A DNA stretch of 64,000 nucleotides, taken from an uncultured Gemmatimonadaceae bacterium (GTDB lineage Bacteria; Gemmatimonadota; Gemmatimonadetes; Gemmatimonadales; GWC2-71-9). The notes beneath the pieces were generated by a model. That model did no database searches, had not been told where the DNA came from, and saw nothing but the letters and a program-made list of their open reading frames with translations. Position numbers and translations under genes: made by a program. The stretch spans positions 2,698-66,697 of the forward strand of contig CAYQXR010000002.1 of assembly GCA_964421625.1 (NCBI GenBank), given 5' to 3'. Below, piece by piece: positions 17,444 to 25,940 of the stretch; the stretch's first letter is position 1; every line of letters begins with the position of its first letter.

Positions 17444-18625
17444 GTGTCGACCGAGCGCTTCCGGCGGCTCTGGCGGTGGCTGAGTGCCCCGCCCGACGAG
17501 TTCTTTGCCGACGCGGCCCGCGACGGCGAAATGCTGGTGGCGCGGGTCCGCACCTGGCTGCTGCTGCTGCTGGCAACCGGGCCGGTGGTGGCGCTGGCCA
17601 TCGGGCCGGAAACCCCCGTGCTCTATCTCTCGCTGGTGGTCACCTTCGGCGGGGTGGCCGCTGCGGTGGCCATCGAGCACTGGCTGCAGCGGAAATTCTA
17701 CCGACCGAGCATCGCCTTCATCTCGGCGGGGATCGACGTGTCGCTGGTCACCCTGGTGCTGGTCGGGTTCCTGCTGGTCGAAACGCCGTTGGCGACGTCC
17801 AACTCGCGGGTGGTCTTCGAGTGCTATTTCCTCGCCATCGGGGCCTCAGCGCTGCGCTATGATCCGCGCGTCACCGTGCTCGCGGGGTCGCTGGCCATTC
17901 TCCAATATCTGGCGCTGTCGCTGCTGCTCGTGCTGGGCATGGGCACCGACGCCATGCTGGTCGATATCGACCGTTACGGGCGCTTCGAGTGGCTCACCCA
18001 ACTTGCCCGGGTCGGGCTGCTCGGTGCCATGACGGTGGTGGCGCTGGCCATTGTCCACCGGACCCAGCGGTTCCGGACATTGAGCACCGGCGACCGGTTG
18101 ACCGGACTCTTCAACCGCGTCTACGCGGAGGAGTTCCTGTCGGGTGAGCTGTTGCGGACGGCGCGCAGCCGTTCACCGCTGGTGATCGCCATGCTCGACG
18201 TCGACCACTTCAAGCGCTTCAACGACACCCACGGCCACGCCGCCGGGGATCGGGCGCTGCAGCGGATCTCCGATCTGGTGCGCCGCAATCTGCGCCGGAC
18301 CGACGTGGTGGCCCGCTACGGGGGCGAGGAGATGCTGATCATTCTGCCCGGCGCCTCGATCGATCGCGCCATGGAAAAGCTCGACGAGGTGCGGATCCAG
18401 GTGGGGCTGGGGGAGATTCCGCTGCCGCGCGGCGGGATGGGGCGGGCGACGGTGTCGATTGGTGTGGCAGCCTGGGGCGACGACGGCACCACCATGACCG
18501 ACCTGCTGGATGTGGCCGATGCCCGGCTCTATCAGGCCAAGGCCGGCGGGCGGAACCAGGTGGTCGGTCCCCCCCGCCAGCAGCTCGACCTGATCGGCCA
18601 GCTCAGTGCCGATCGAGCTGGCTGA
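17444..18625 (+). CDS. membrane-anchored diguanylate cyclase (GGDEF)
   Basis: Track ORF. GTG 17444 lies 2 nt after the ETF-QO stop. About 200 aa of N-terminal hydrophobic helices precede the GGDEF domain (LTGLFNR, DVDHFKRFNDTHGHAAGD, RYGGEEMLIIL). Confidence 0.85.
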   Translation: MSTERFRRLWRWLSAPPDEFFADAARDGEMLVARVRTWLLLLLATGPVVALAIGPETPVLYLSLVVTFGGVAAAVAIEHWLQRKFYRPSIAFISAGIDVSLVTLVLVGFLLVETPLATSNSRVVFECYFLAIGASALRYDPRVTVLAGSLAILQYLALSLLLVLGMGTDAMLVDIDRYGRFEWLTQLARVGLLGAMTVVALAIVHRTQRFRTLSTGDRLTGLFNRVYAEEFLSGELLRTARSRSPLVIAMLDVDHFKRFNDTHGHAAGDRALQRISDLVRRNLRRTDVVARYGGEEMLIILPGASIDRAMEKLDEVRIQVGLGEIPLPRGGMGRATVSIGVAAWGDDGTTMTDLLDVADARLYQAKAGGRNQVVGPPRQQLDLIGQLSADRAG

Positions 18626-18998
18626 TCCGGGAAAGCTCCTTCACCGACCGATGCAGCTCGTCCATCTGGGCTTGCATGCGGTCGAGTTCCGCGATCCGGG
18701 CCTCCAGCTCCTTGGCCATCGTCGCCAGGTGCGGACGGCACAGCTCGAAGTTCTCGTCGGTCGGGATATAGTCGTCGCCGCAGCCCGGAGGCGCCGGCGT
18801 GGAAGTGGGCAGCGGTTCACTGGCCAGGGCTGCCAGGTTGGCCTGCACCGCCGAGACCGCGGGTTGAACCGCCGGGTCGGTCTGCACCACCTGGGCGGTA
18901 GGACTGGCCACCAGCTCGGCTTCGGTTGCGGCCGGAGTACTGCCGCAGCCACTGGCCAGCAGGACCAGCAGGGAAAGGGAGAACGCGGGAGCCTTCAC
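18603..18998 (-). CDS. small lipoprotein with C-terminal coiled-coil-like segment
   Basis: Part of track ORF 18603..19274. GTG 18998 has AAGGAGG 6 nt upstream. The lipobox is LLVLLASG|C. The C-terminal segment MAKELEARIAELDRMQAQMDELHRSVKEL looks like a coiled coil. The 3' end overlaps the convergent GGDEF gene by 23 nt. Confidence 0.6.
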   Translation of the reverse strand: MKAPAFSLSLLVLLASGCGSTPAATEAELVASPTAQVVQTDPAVQPAVSAVQANLAALASEPLPTSTPAPPGCGDDYIPTDENFELCRPHLATMAKELEARIAELDRMQAQMDELHRSVKELSRISQLDRH

Positions 18999-19038
18999 AG
19001 GGAACCTCCTTAGGGCGGATTGTCGCGAACGATCCCGG

Positions 19039-19066
19039 AAGCTACCCCCCCCCCCGACGGTGTCAA
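19039..19066 (-). promoter_or_regulatory. sigma70-like promoter whose 16-nt spacer is mostly a G11 homopolymer
   Basis: On the minus strand: TTGACA (19066-19061), spacer CCGTC+G11 (19060-19045), TAGCTT (19044-19039). This sits about 40 nt upstream of the SD/GTG of the lipoprotein gene. The G11 length is confirmed by the track translation ...DTVGGGGS... Confidence 0.4.
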
Positions 19067-19114
19067 CAAGGGGGTGGGCTGGGCTTCTGGAGCCCTCCTG
19101 GCTCCGGACCCCCG

Positions 19115-20167
19115 CTAGCTGACCAGACCTGCCGCCACCGCGAGTTCGGCGTTCTGCACCGCCGCCCCGGCGGCACCCCGCACCAGGTTGTGCCCCAGGG
19201 CCACCAGCCGCAGATCCTGCACCTCGCAGGGGCGCACCCGCCCCACCGAGACCGTCATCCCATTGCCCCGCCACAGGTCCAGCCGCGGCTGCGGCCGATC
19301 GGTGCGCGCATCAACCTCCAGCGACGCTGCCGGGGTGCTGGGCAGCGATGCCGCGAGTGCGTCGGGGCGGTAGCCGCTGAGTACAGCCGTGGCCTCGTCG
19401 GGGGTCGGCCGGGTGGTAAAGGCGGCCGCGATCGAGAGCAGATGGCCGTCGATGACCGGAACCCGGTGGACCATGGCACTGACGGCGCCCGGGTGGTCCG
19501 CGATGCCGTCGGCGGTCACCTGCCCGAGAATCTTGCGGGTTTCGGCGGCGATCTTTTCTTCCTCACTGCCACCAATCCACGGGATCACGTTGCCCAGAAT
19601 GTCCAGGGAGGGGACGCCGGGGTAGCCGGCCCCCGAGGCCGCCTGGAGCGTGGCCACGACCGCGCTGCGCAGGCCGAAGGCGCGGTCCAGCGGTGCCAGC
19701 GCCGTGGCCAGGGCTGCCACGCAGCAGTTCGGGTTGGCAATGATGCCGCCGGACCAGCCGCGCGCCTGCCGCTGCCGCTCCAGCAGCACCAGGTGGTCGG
19801 GGTTGATCTCGGGCAGGAGCAGCGGCACATCGGGGTCCATGCGGAAGGCGCTGGCGTTGCTCACCACCAGGACACCGGCCTGCGCCAGCGCGGGTTCCAG
19901 GTCGCGCGCCACGGCCGCATCCAGCGCGGAGAAGGCCAGGCGGATGCCCGGTTGCGGCGTCGGGGCCGACATCCGGATGTCGGCCACGGCGTCGGGCAGC
20001 GGCGTGCTCTCCCGCCAGCGGACCTCGTCGCCGTAGCGCTTGCCCACCCGGTCGGCGCTGGCCACGAGCTGGGCGATCTCGAACCACGGATGCTCCGCGA
20101 GGAGCCGAATGAACTGCTGGCCGACCGTGCCGGTCGCGCCAAGGATGGCGACGGGAAGACGTGTCAT
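19115..20167 (-). CDS. asd: aspartate-semialdehyde dehydrogenase
   Basis: Track ORF with VAILGATGTVGQQF and the active-site context IIANPNCCVAAL. Confidence 0.9.
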   Translation of the reverse strand: MTRLPVAILGATGTVGQQFIRLLAEHPWFEIAQLVASADRVGKRYGDEVRWRESTPLPDAVADIRMSAPTPQPGIRLAFSALDAAVARDLEPALAQAGVLVVSNASAFRMDPDVPLLLPEINPDHLVLLERQRQARGWSGGIIANPNCCVAALATALAPLDRAFGLRSAVVATLQAASGAGYPGVPSLDILGNVIPWIGGSEEEKIAAETRKILGQVTADGIADHPGAVSAMVHRVPVIDGHLLSIAAAFTTRPTPDEATAVLSGYRPDALAASLPSTPAASLEVDARTDRPQPRLDLWRGNGMTVSVGRVRPCEVQDLRLVALGHNLVRGAAGAAVQNAELAVAAGLVS

Positions 20168-20194
20168 GGCTGGAAGGGAACCCGCGTCGGCGTG

Positions 20195-21145
20195 TCAGGC
20201 AAGGGGGGGCGGTTCGTTCCGCAGGCGACGGTCCCGCTGGATCGACGCCAGGATGGCGATGGTCAGGATGGCGATGATGGTGGCCAGGGACGCGAGGATC
20301 GGCAGATGGACGCCGAATGCTGCCCCGACCATCTTGGAGCCGACGAAGACCAGAATCAGCGCCACACCAGGCTTCAGGTACACGAAGCGGTCCAGCATGC
20401 TCGCCAGCAGGAAGAACAGCGCCCGCAGTCCGAGAATGGCGAAGATGTTCGAGGTGTAGACGATGAACGGATCGCGGGTGACCGCGAAGATCGCCGGAAT
20501 CGAGTCGATCGCAAAGACCAGGTCGGTCCACTCCACGATGAGCAGGACCAGCAGGAGCGGCGTGGCCACCAGGCCGTGGTGGGTGCGGACCACGAACCGG
20601 TCGCCGTCATACGAATCCGTGAACGGCAGGATGCGGCGGGCCAGGCGCACCACCGGGTTGCGGGCCGGTTCAATACGCTCGTCTTCGCCGGTGCGGAACA
20701 TCCGGATGCCGGTCACGATCAGAATCGCGCCGAACACGTAGATGATCCACTCGAAGCGGCTGATCAGCATCGCCCCCACGCCGATCATGATGCCCCGCAT
20801 CACCATCGCGCCGAGAATGCCCCACTTGAGCACCTTGGGCTGCAGCGCGGCCGGGACGGCGAAGTACTGGAAGACCAGGATGAAGACGAAGAGGTTGTCG
20901 ACCGAGAGCGAGAGTTCGATCAGGTAGCCGGTGACGAACTCCAGCGCGTGCGCGGAGCCTTCGCGCGACCAGAGGAAACCGGCAAAAGCCATCGCCAGGG
21001 TGACCAGCCCGGTACACCACCAACCCGATTCCCGCGGGGTGAGGATATGGGAACGCCGGTTGAGGATCCCGAGGTCGAGGATCAGCAGGGCCGCGATCAG
21101 GACGGTGAAACCGATCCAGACACTGGGCGGGTGATGACTCATCAT
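20195..21145 (-). CDS. TerC family integral membrane protein
   Basis: Part of track ORF 20195..21370, with the start at ATG 21145. TerC motifs ELSLSVDNLFVF and EWTDLVFAIDSIPAIFAVT are present. Confidence 0.85.
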   Translation of the reverse strand: MMSHHPPSVWIGFTVLIAALLILDLGILNRRSHILTPRESGWWCTGLVTLAMAFAGFLWSREGSAHALEFVTGYLIELSLSVDNLFVFILVFQYFAVPAALQPKVLKWGILGAMVMRGIMIGVGAMLISRFEWIIYVFGAILIVTGIRMFRTGEDERIEPARNPVVRLARRILPFTDSYDGDRFVVRTHHGLVATPLLLVLLIVEWTDLVFAIDSIPAIFAVTRDPFIVYTSNIFAILGLRALFFLLASMLDRFVYLKPGVALILVFVGSKMVGAAFGVHLPILASLATIIAILTIAILASIQRDRRLRNEPPPLA

Positions 21146-21236
21146 GGCGGCGGACAGGCCTCGGGGAGGACTGGAAGGGTGGTGGGTCCGCGGCGCAGCC
21201 GCCCCGGGGGGCGACCGCGCACACGGGAGGCAAGGT

Positions 21237-22073
21237 TCAGGTGGTCGGCGTGAGTGCCAGCAGGGCGGCGACCCGGTCTTCCGTCGGCGGGTGCGTCGCG
21301 AAGAGCTTGCTGATGCCGCCCACCCCACTGAGCGGGTTGACCTGCGCCAGCGGGGCCAGGGCGGGCGCAACCTGCATGGGAATCTGCCGGGCCATGGCGT
21401 CGATACGCGTCAGTGCCTGCGCCAGCGGGCGCGGCTGCCCGGTGATCTCGGCCGCGAGCCGGTCGGCCGCGAACTCGCGCTGGCGCGAGATGGCAAGTTG
21501 CAGCATGGTCGCGGTGATCGGCGCGAGGATCGCGAAGGCGATGGTGCTGATCCCGTTGCCGTCATCGTCGCTGCGGCGCAGCGCGAAGCTCAGCATCCAC
21601 GGGAGCATCGAGATCATCGAGGCGATGCCGGCCGCGACGGTCATGGTCAGCATGTCGCGGTTCTTGATGTGCGCCAGCTCGTGGGCGATCACCCCCGCCA
21701 TCTCATCTTCGGGCAGGGTGCGCAGGATGCCCGCAGTGACGGCCACGACGGCCTTCTCGGGCGACCGCCCCGTGGCAAAGGCATTGGGCTGATCGGAGGG
21801 CACGATGGCGACCCGCGGCATGGGCAGGCCGGCGCGCTGACGGAGGGTGTCCACCATCTGGTAGAGGGCGGGGGCCTCGGCAGCCGTCACGATCTGGGCC
21901 TTGTAGCCCCGCAGCACCATGCTGTCGGAGAACCAGTAGGAGACGAAGGCCATGATCAGGCCGATGCTGCCGCCCAGGGCGAGACCGCCCATGCCGCCGA
22001 TCAACTGGCCTGCGGCCATCAGCAGCGAGATCATCGCGGCCAGCAGGGCGAACGTCTTCAGGGTGCTGCTCAT
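21237..22073 (-). CDS. htpX: M48 family protease HtpX
   Basis: Track ORF with the HELAHIKNRD zinc motif, N-terminal TM helices and the C-terminal ATHPPTEDR. Confidence 0.9.
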   Translation of the reverse strand: MSSTLKTFALLAAMISLLMAAGQLIGGMGGLALGGSIGLIMAFVSYWFSDSMVLRGYKAQIVTAAEAPALYQMVDTLRQRAGLPMPRVAIVPSDQPNAFATGRSPEKAVVAVTAGILRTLPEDEMAGVIAHELAHIKNRDMLTMTVAAGIASMISMLPWMLSFALRRSDDDGNGISTIAFAILAPITATMLQLAISRQREFAADRLAAEITGQPRPLAQALTRIDAMARQIPMQVAPALAPLAQVNPLSGVGGISKLFATHPPTEDRVAALLALTPTT

Positions 22074-22090
22074 GCGATCCTCCCCGGGTC

Positions 22091-22153
22091 ACCGGAAAAC
22101 AGAAAGCGAGACCTCGCCGCCGACGGGAATCCGTCGGGTGGCGAAGGTCTCGC
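22091..22153 (-). terminator. strong intrinsic-terminator-like hairpin plus U-tract inside the htpX leader
   Basis: The minus-strand RNA reads GCGAGACCUUCGCCACCCGACGG-AUUC-CCGUCGGCGGCGAGGUCUCGC, about 20 bp with small bulges. UUUCUGUUUUCC follows. The U-tract ends about 20 nt before the htpX SD/AUG. Confidence 0.45.
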
Positions 22154-22294
22154 CGGAAAAGCCCGTCCTGGGCTCCTCGATGGTACCGTGCGCCGAGGCA
22201 CAGTGTTGACGATACCACCGGCCGCCTCACGGGCGGCTGGGCTACTCCCCTTCTGACAGGAAGATAGCTGTGCCGGGTCGTGGGCGGGAGGGGG

Positions 22295-23110
22295 TCAGTA
22301 GCGGCGGCCCCGGCTCTTCTCGAGTACCACGTCGAGGCCGATCATGAGCGACGGGAAGCTGCGGACCACCTTCTCGGTGGGCGGGGCGATCCGATCCTGG
22401 GCACTGGCCCCGGCCACTCGACTGATCCGCAGCCAGTGATTGCGGGCCTCGACGCGCACCAGATATCCAGTGCCCACATTGGCGAGGACCCCCAGGGAGG
22501 TGCTGGCGGTCGGATTCACCGACATGGTCCCCGGGGTGGGGTAGATGCGTTGCACCACCTGCTGCCCCGGGCCAAGGTAGGCGGTCATGGCAGTCAGGTT
22601 GTCGGAGATGATGGCAATGCCCGCCTGCATCTTGACATACGGTTGGAGCAGCGCGCGTGACCACGGGCGGATGATGGCCCCGGTGGTCAGCGCGGTGGCG
22701 GACGTGGACCGCACATCGCGGTTGAGCGCGGTGCAGACCAACTGATTGAACTCGAACTCGGTGGCCTGCACGCGCAGGCAGGTGTCGCTGGTGCCGATGC
22801 CGAGATAGGTCATCTCGGCGGTATAGCCGAAGTTCGGCTTGGCAAAGAGCGATGCCTGGAGGGACAGCGTCACGTTACCCGTCAGCTTCCGGCTCAGGTC
22901 GAAGACGTCGAACTCCAGATCCGGGGCCTGGATGGGCTGATTGGGCACCCGCCAGAAATCCCGCGTGCCCATGATGGCCCCGCCGGCGGCGCCCAACGTC
23001 AGGGTCGGCTGGTCCCGCGTGGCCTGCCCGACCAGCAGGGTCGGCAGGCTCACCAGACCGAGCAGGAATACGAGCCGGGACCGGACGGTCAGGCGGTGGG
23101 AACTCGGCAT
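22295..23110 (-). CDS. hypothetical outer-membrane/secreted protein
   Basis: Part of track ORF 22295..23305. ATG 23110 has GGAGGT upstream. The signal peptide is LVFLLGLVSLPTLLVGQ. The sequence has beta-strand-like alternation and a terminal aromatic residue. Family not recognised. Confidence 0.5.
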   Translation of the reverse strand: MPSSHRLTVRSRLVFLLGLVSLPTLLVGQATRDQPTLTLGAAGGAIMGTRDFWRVPNQPIQAPDLEFDVFDLSRKLTGNVTLSLQASLFAKPNFGYTAEMTYLGIGTSDTCLRVQATEFEFNQLVCTALNRDVRSTSATALTTGAIIRPWSRALLQPYVKMQAGIAIISDNLTAMTAYLGPGQQVVQRIYPTPGTMSVNPTASTSLGVLANVGTGYLVRVEARNHWLRISRVAGASAQDRIAPPTEKVVRSFPSLMIGLDVVLEKSRGRRY

Positions 23111-23178
23111 GGGAGGTACCTCCACGGCACAGGAGAGAAGAGACGGACGAATACTACCCTCCCCGCCGGGAGACGGCG

Positions 23179-23622
23179 CTACTCTGTCTCTGTGGCCCGA
23201 GTCTGTGGGCCATGACAGTCGGCCCACAGGGTGACATCCTCGGCCACGCGGACGCGCGTCAGGCGGGCAGGGTGGGGGATCCGCGGCGCAACACGGGACC
23301 AGCACCAGGCCGCCACGGCTTCACAACTGGGGAGGATCTCCCCGGTGCGCACCGCGGGAATGGCCTCGTTCAGCGACTGGCCTGCCAGGGGGCCCTCGAC
23401 CTCCTCGGCCAGGATGGTGTCGAGGAGGGTGAGATCGATCAGCATGGCCGTCTGCTGATCCAGCGGACCCGCCACCGTCACCGTCACCTGGTACAGGTGG
23501 CCATGGCCCGGTGCGTCCGCCGTCCAGCCGAAGCGGGCCCGGTTCTCCTCGTCACTCCACTCGGGCCGGAAGTATCGGTGCCGGGCATGGAAACTGACCA
23601 TGCGGCTCAGGGTGAGCTGCAT
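23179..23622 (-). CDS. queD: 6-carboxytetrahydropterin synthase (6-pyruvoyl-tetrahydropterin synthase family)
   Basis: Part of track ORF 23179..23658. ATG 23622 lies 8 nt after the upstream stop. FHARHRY...GHGHLYQVTVTV...MLIDLTLLD is typical of the PTPS/QueD family. Confidence 0.8.
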   Translation of the reverse strand: MQLTLSRMVSFHARHRYFRPEWSDEENRARFGWTADAPGHGHLYQVTVTVAGPLDQQTAMLIDLTLLDTILAEEVEGPLAGQSLNEAIPAVRTGEILPSCEAVAAWCWSRVAPRIPHPARLTRVRVAEDVTLWADCHGPQTRATETE

Positions 23623-23630
23623 GCCGCCGG

Positions 23631-24338
23631 TCAGAATGCCCAGCCGAGGCCGAACCACAGCTTGGGCGCAAGGGTGTAGTCACCGACGCGGCCGGAGGGG
23701 TTCACCGCGTTGGGGGACCCGACGGTGCCCGGGTCCTCGGTTGGTTCGAAGGAATAGGAGAGCGGATACTTCACGCGCCAGATCGTGGCGCGCGCCTCGG
23801 CCCGCGCCGAGATGCGTGACCCCAGGTGGATCCGGGTACCCACGGCGGGTCCGAAGATGGTCTTGGTGCCGAAGGCATAGCCGGAACTATCCGAGGCGGG
23901 GGTCTTCTGCCCCATGGCGAACCCGAACGCCATCGATCCGTATGGCGCCAGGCCGTGCCAGGTCTTGCCGCCGGTCAGGGTGAACTGGACGGTGGTCTCC
24001 AGGCCGATCACCCGCTGGGGATAGGGACCACGCACCCGGGTGGCCACCGGCTCGTTGGCGTCGATCACCATTCGTTCCGCATTGGCGACCCAGCCACCGA
24101 GACCGAACTGGAGCGTGCTGCGATGACGGAACATCACCCGGGCGCCCATCACCGTGCCGTTGCGCGCGCCCACCGGGATCGGACCGCCACTGCCGGACAT
24201 GTGTCCAACATGAGCTTCCAGCCAGGTATTGCGATCGATGGACCGCAGCGGCGACTGGTAGGGGTCATAGCCGATCTGTGCGATCAGTGGTGTGCCGGGG
24301 GAGAGGGCCAGGAGGAGGCCGAGAACAGGGAAGCGCAT
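23631..24338 (-). CDS. outer membrane beta-barrel protein (family unassigned)
   Basis: Track ORF. The signal peptide is MRFPVLGLLLALSPGTPLIAQ. The sequence shows strand periodicity. The C-terminus ...LWFGLGWAF ends in Phe. Confidence 0.6.
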   Translation of the reverse strand: MRFPVLGLLLALSPGTPLIAQIGYDPYQSPLRSIDRNTWLEAHVGHMSGSGGPIPVGARNGTVMGARVMFRHRSTLQFGLGGWVANAERMVIDANEPVATRVRGPYPQRVIGLETTVQFTLTGGKTWHGLAPYGSMAFGFAMGQKTPASDSSGYAFGTKTIFGPAVGTRIHLGSRISARAEARATIWRVKYPLSYSFEPTEDPGTVGSPNAVNPSGRVGDYTLAPKLWFGLGWAF

Positions 24339-24341
24339 GGG

Positions 24342-25910
24342 TCAGAGCACCGGGTTGGAGAGACGCAGCGACCGTCCGGTCATCTCGGCTGGCTGGGAGA
24401 GCCCGAGCAGATCGAGGACGGTGGGTGCGATGTCGCAGAGCGCCCCCTGGGGGCGGAACGTGGCCAGCTCAAGGCCGAGGCCGAGACAGGGGACAGGATT
24501 GGTGGTGTGGGCGGTATGCGGCCCGCCGGTCAGCGGGTCGAACATCTGTTCGGCGTTGCCGTGATCCGCTGTGATCAGCAGTCGGGCGCCGACCGATTCG
24601 GCCGATCGGATGATCCGGGCCAGGGCCTGGTCCACCGTCTCGACCGCCCGGACCACAGCAGGCAGCACCCCGGTGTGGCCGACCATGTCGGCATTGGCGA
24701 AGTTGGCGAGGTAGAAGTCGTGATCCCCGCGCGCCAGGGCACCGCAGAGGGCGTCGGCGATGCCGGGTGCGCTCATCTCCGGGGCCAGATCGTAGGTTGC
24801 GACCTGTTGCGACGGCACCAGCAGTCGTTCCTCGCCGGGCCACGGCGGTTCGTAGCCGCCATTGAAGAAGTACGTCACATGCGGATACTTCTCGGTCTCG
24901 GCGGTGCGGAACTGGCTCCGGTCCTGACTGCTCAGCACTTCCGTCAGGATCTGCGCCATGGAGAACGGCGCGAAGGCCTGCGGGATGGGCAGGGTGGCGT
25001 CGTACTGCGTCATCGAGGCGGCGCGGATGGCCGGTCGGGGCTGGATGTCGAAGCCGCTGAACTCGGGGACCACCAGCGAGGCGACGATCTGCCGCATCCG
25101 GTCGGAGCGGTAGTTGACGAAGAAGATCGCGTCGCCGTCGCGGATGGGAGCCACCGGCTGGCCGTCGGCAACCATCACCAGCGGCTGTACGAACTCGTCG
25201 GACTCGCCCCGGTCGTGCGCCGCGCGGACGGCCGCCACCGGATCACCGGGGACTGGCTGTCCCACCCCGCGAACCATCGCGTCCCAGGCCAGCCGGGTCC
25301 GGGCCCAGCGGTGGTCGCGATCCATGGCGAAGTAGCGGCCGGTCAGCGTCGCCAGGTGGGTGCGGCCTTCGCCGATCCCGGCGATGTCGTGCAGGAGCTG
25401 CGCGACCACCTCCGGTCCCCCGCGCGGTGGCGAATCCCGGCCATCGAGGAAGCCGTGGAGGGCCACCCGGGGCGCCCCGAGCTGGAGCACCGCCCGGATG
25501 GCCGCCAGCCAGTGCGTGTCGATGGCGTGGACACCGCCGGGGCCGAGCAGGCCGGCCAGATGCAGCGTGCCGCCAGTACTCCGGACGTGGCGGACCAGGT
25601 CGGCCAGCACCGGCAGCCGGGCAAACTCGCCGTTGGCAATGCTCTGGTTGATGCGGACCAGATCCTGGGGCACCACGCGCCCGGCGCCCAGGTTGAGGTG
25701 GCCGACTTCGGAGTTGCCCATCTGGCCCTCCGGAAGGCCGACCGCCAGGCCGCTGGCGTCCAGCAAGGCCCTGGGCGCGGTGCGGACCAGAGTGTCCCAG
25801 GTGGGGGTGTGGGCCATGGCGATGGCGTTCCCGTCAGGGTCCTCCCGCCAGCCCCAACCGTCCAGCACAACCAGGACGACCGGTGCCGTCCGCCCCGCAG
25901 CGTTTGACAT
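24342..25910 (-). CDS. gpmI: 2,3-bisphosphoglycerate-independent phosphoglycerate mutase
   Basis: Track ORF. Motifs: VVLVVLDGWGWRE, MGNSEVGHLNLGAGR, ITADHGNAE. Confidence 0.92.
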   Translation of the reverse strand: MSNAAGRTAPVVLVVLDGWGWREDPDGNAIAMAHTPTWDTLVRTAPRALLDASGLAVGLPEGQMGNSEVGHLNLGAGRVVPQDLVRINQSIANGEFARLPVLADLVRHVRSTGGTLHLAGLLGPGGVHAIDTHWLAAIRAVLQLGAPRVALHGFLDGRDSPPRGGPEVVAQLLHDIAGIGEGRTHLATLTGRYFAMDRDHRWARTRLAWDAMVRGVGQPVPGDPVAAVRAAHDRGESDEFVQPLVMVADGQPVAPIRDGDAIFFVNYRSDRMRQIVASLVVPEFSGFDIQPRPAIRAASMTQYDATLPIPQAFAPFSMAQILTEVLSSQDRSQFRTAETEKYPHVTYFFNGGYEPPWPGEERLLVPSQQVATYDLAPEMSAPGIADALCGALARGDHDFYLANFANADMVGHTGVLPAVVRAVETVDQALARIIRSAESVGARLLITADHGNAEQMFDPLTGGPHTAHTTNPVPCLGLGLELATFRPQGALCDIAPTVLDLLGLSQPAEMTGRSLRLSNPVL

Positions 25911-25940
25911 GCTCCTCCACGACGTCTACACTCACCCATT

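Noticed and set aside
15069-17576. 835-aa ORF on the minus strand
   Set aside because: It is entirely antisense to nadC, ETF-QO and the GGDEF gene start, all of which have strong family signatures. The translation is Arg/Gly/Pro-rich and low-complexity. This is a typical stop-poor shadow frame in GC-rich DNA.
18926-21253. 775-aa ORF on the plus strand
   Set aside because: It is antisense to asd and the TerC gene. The composition is unprotein-like (Arg/Gly/Asp/His runs). It is a shadow ORF.
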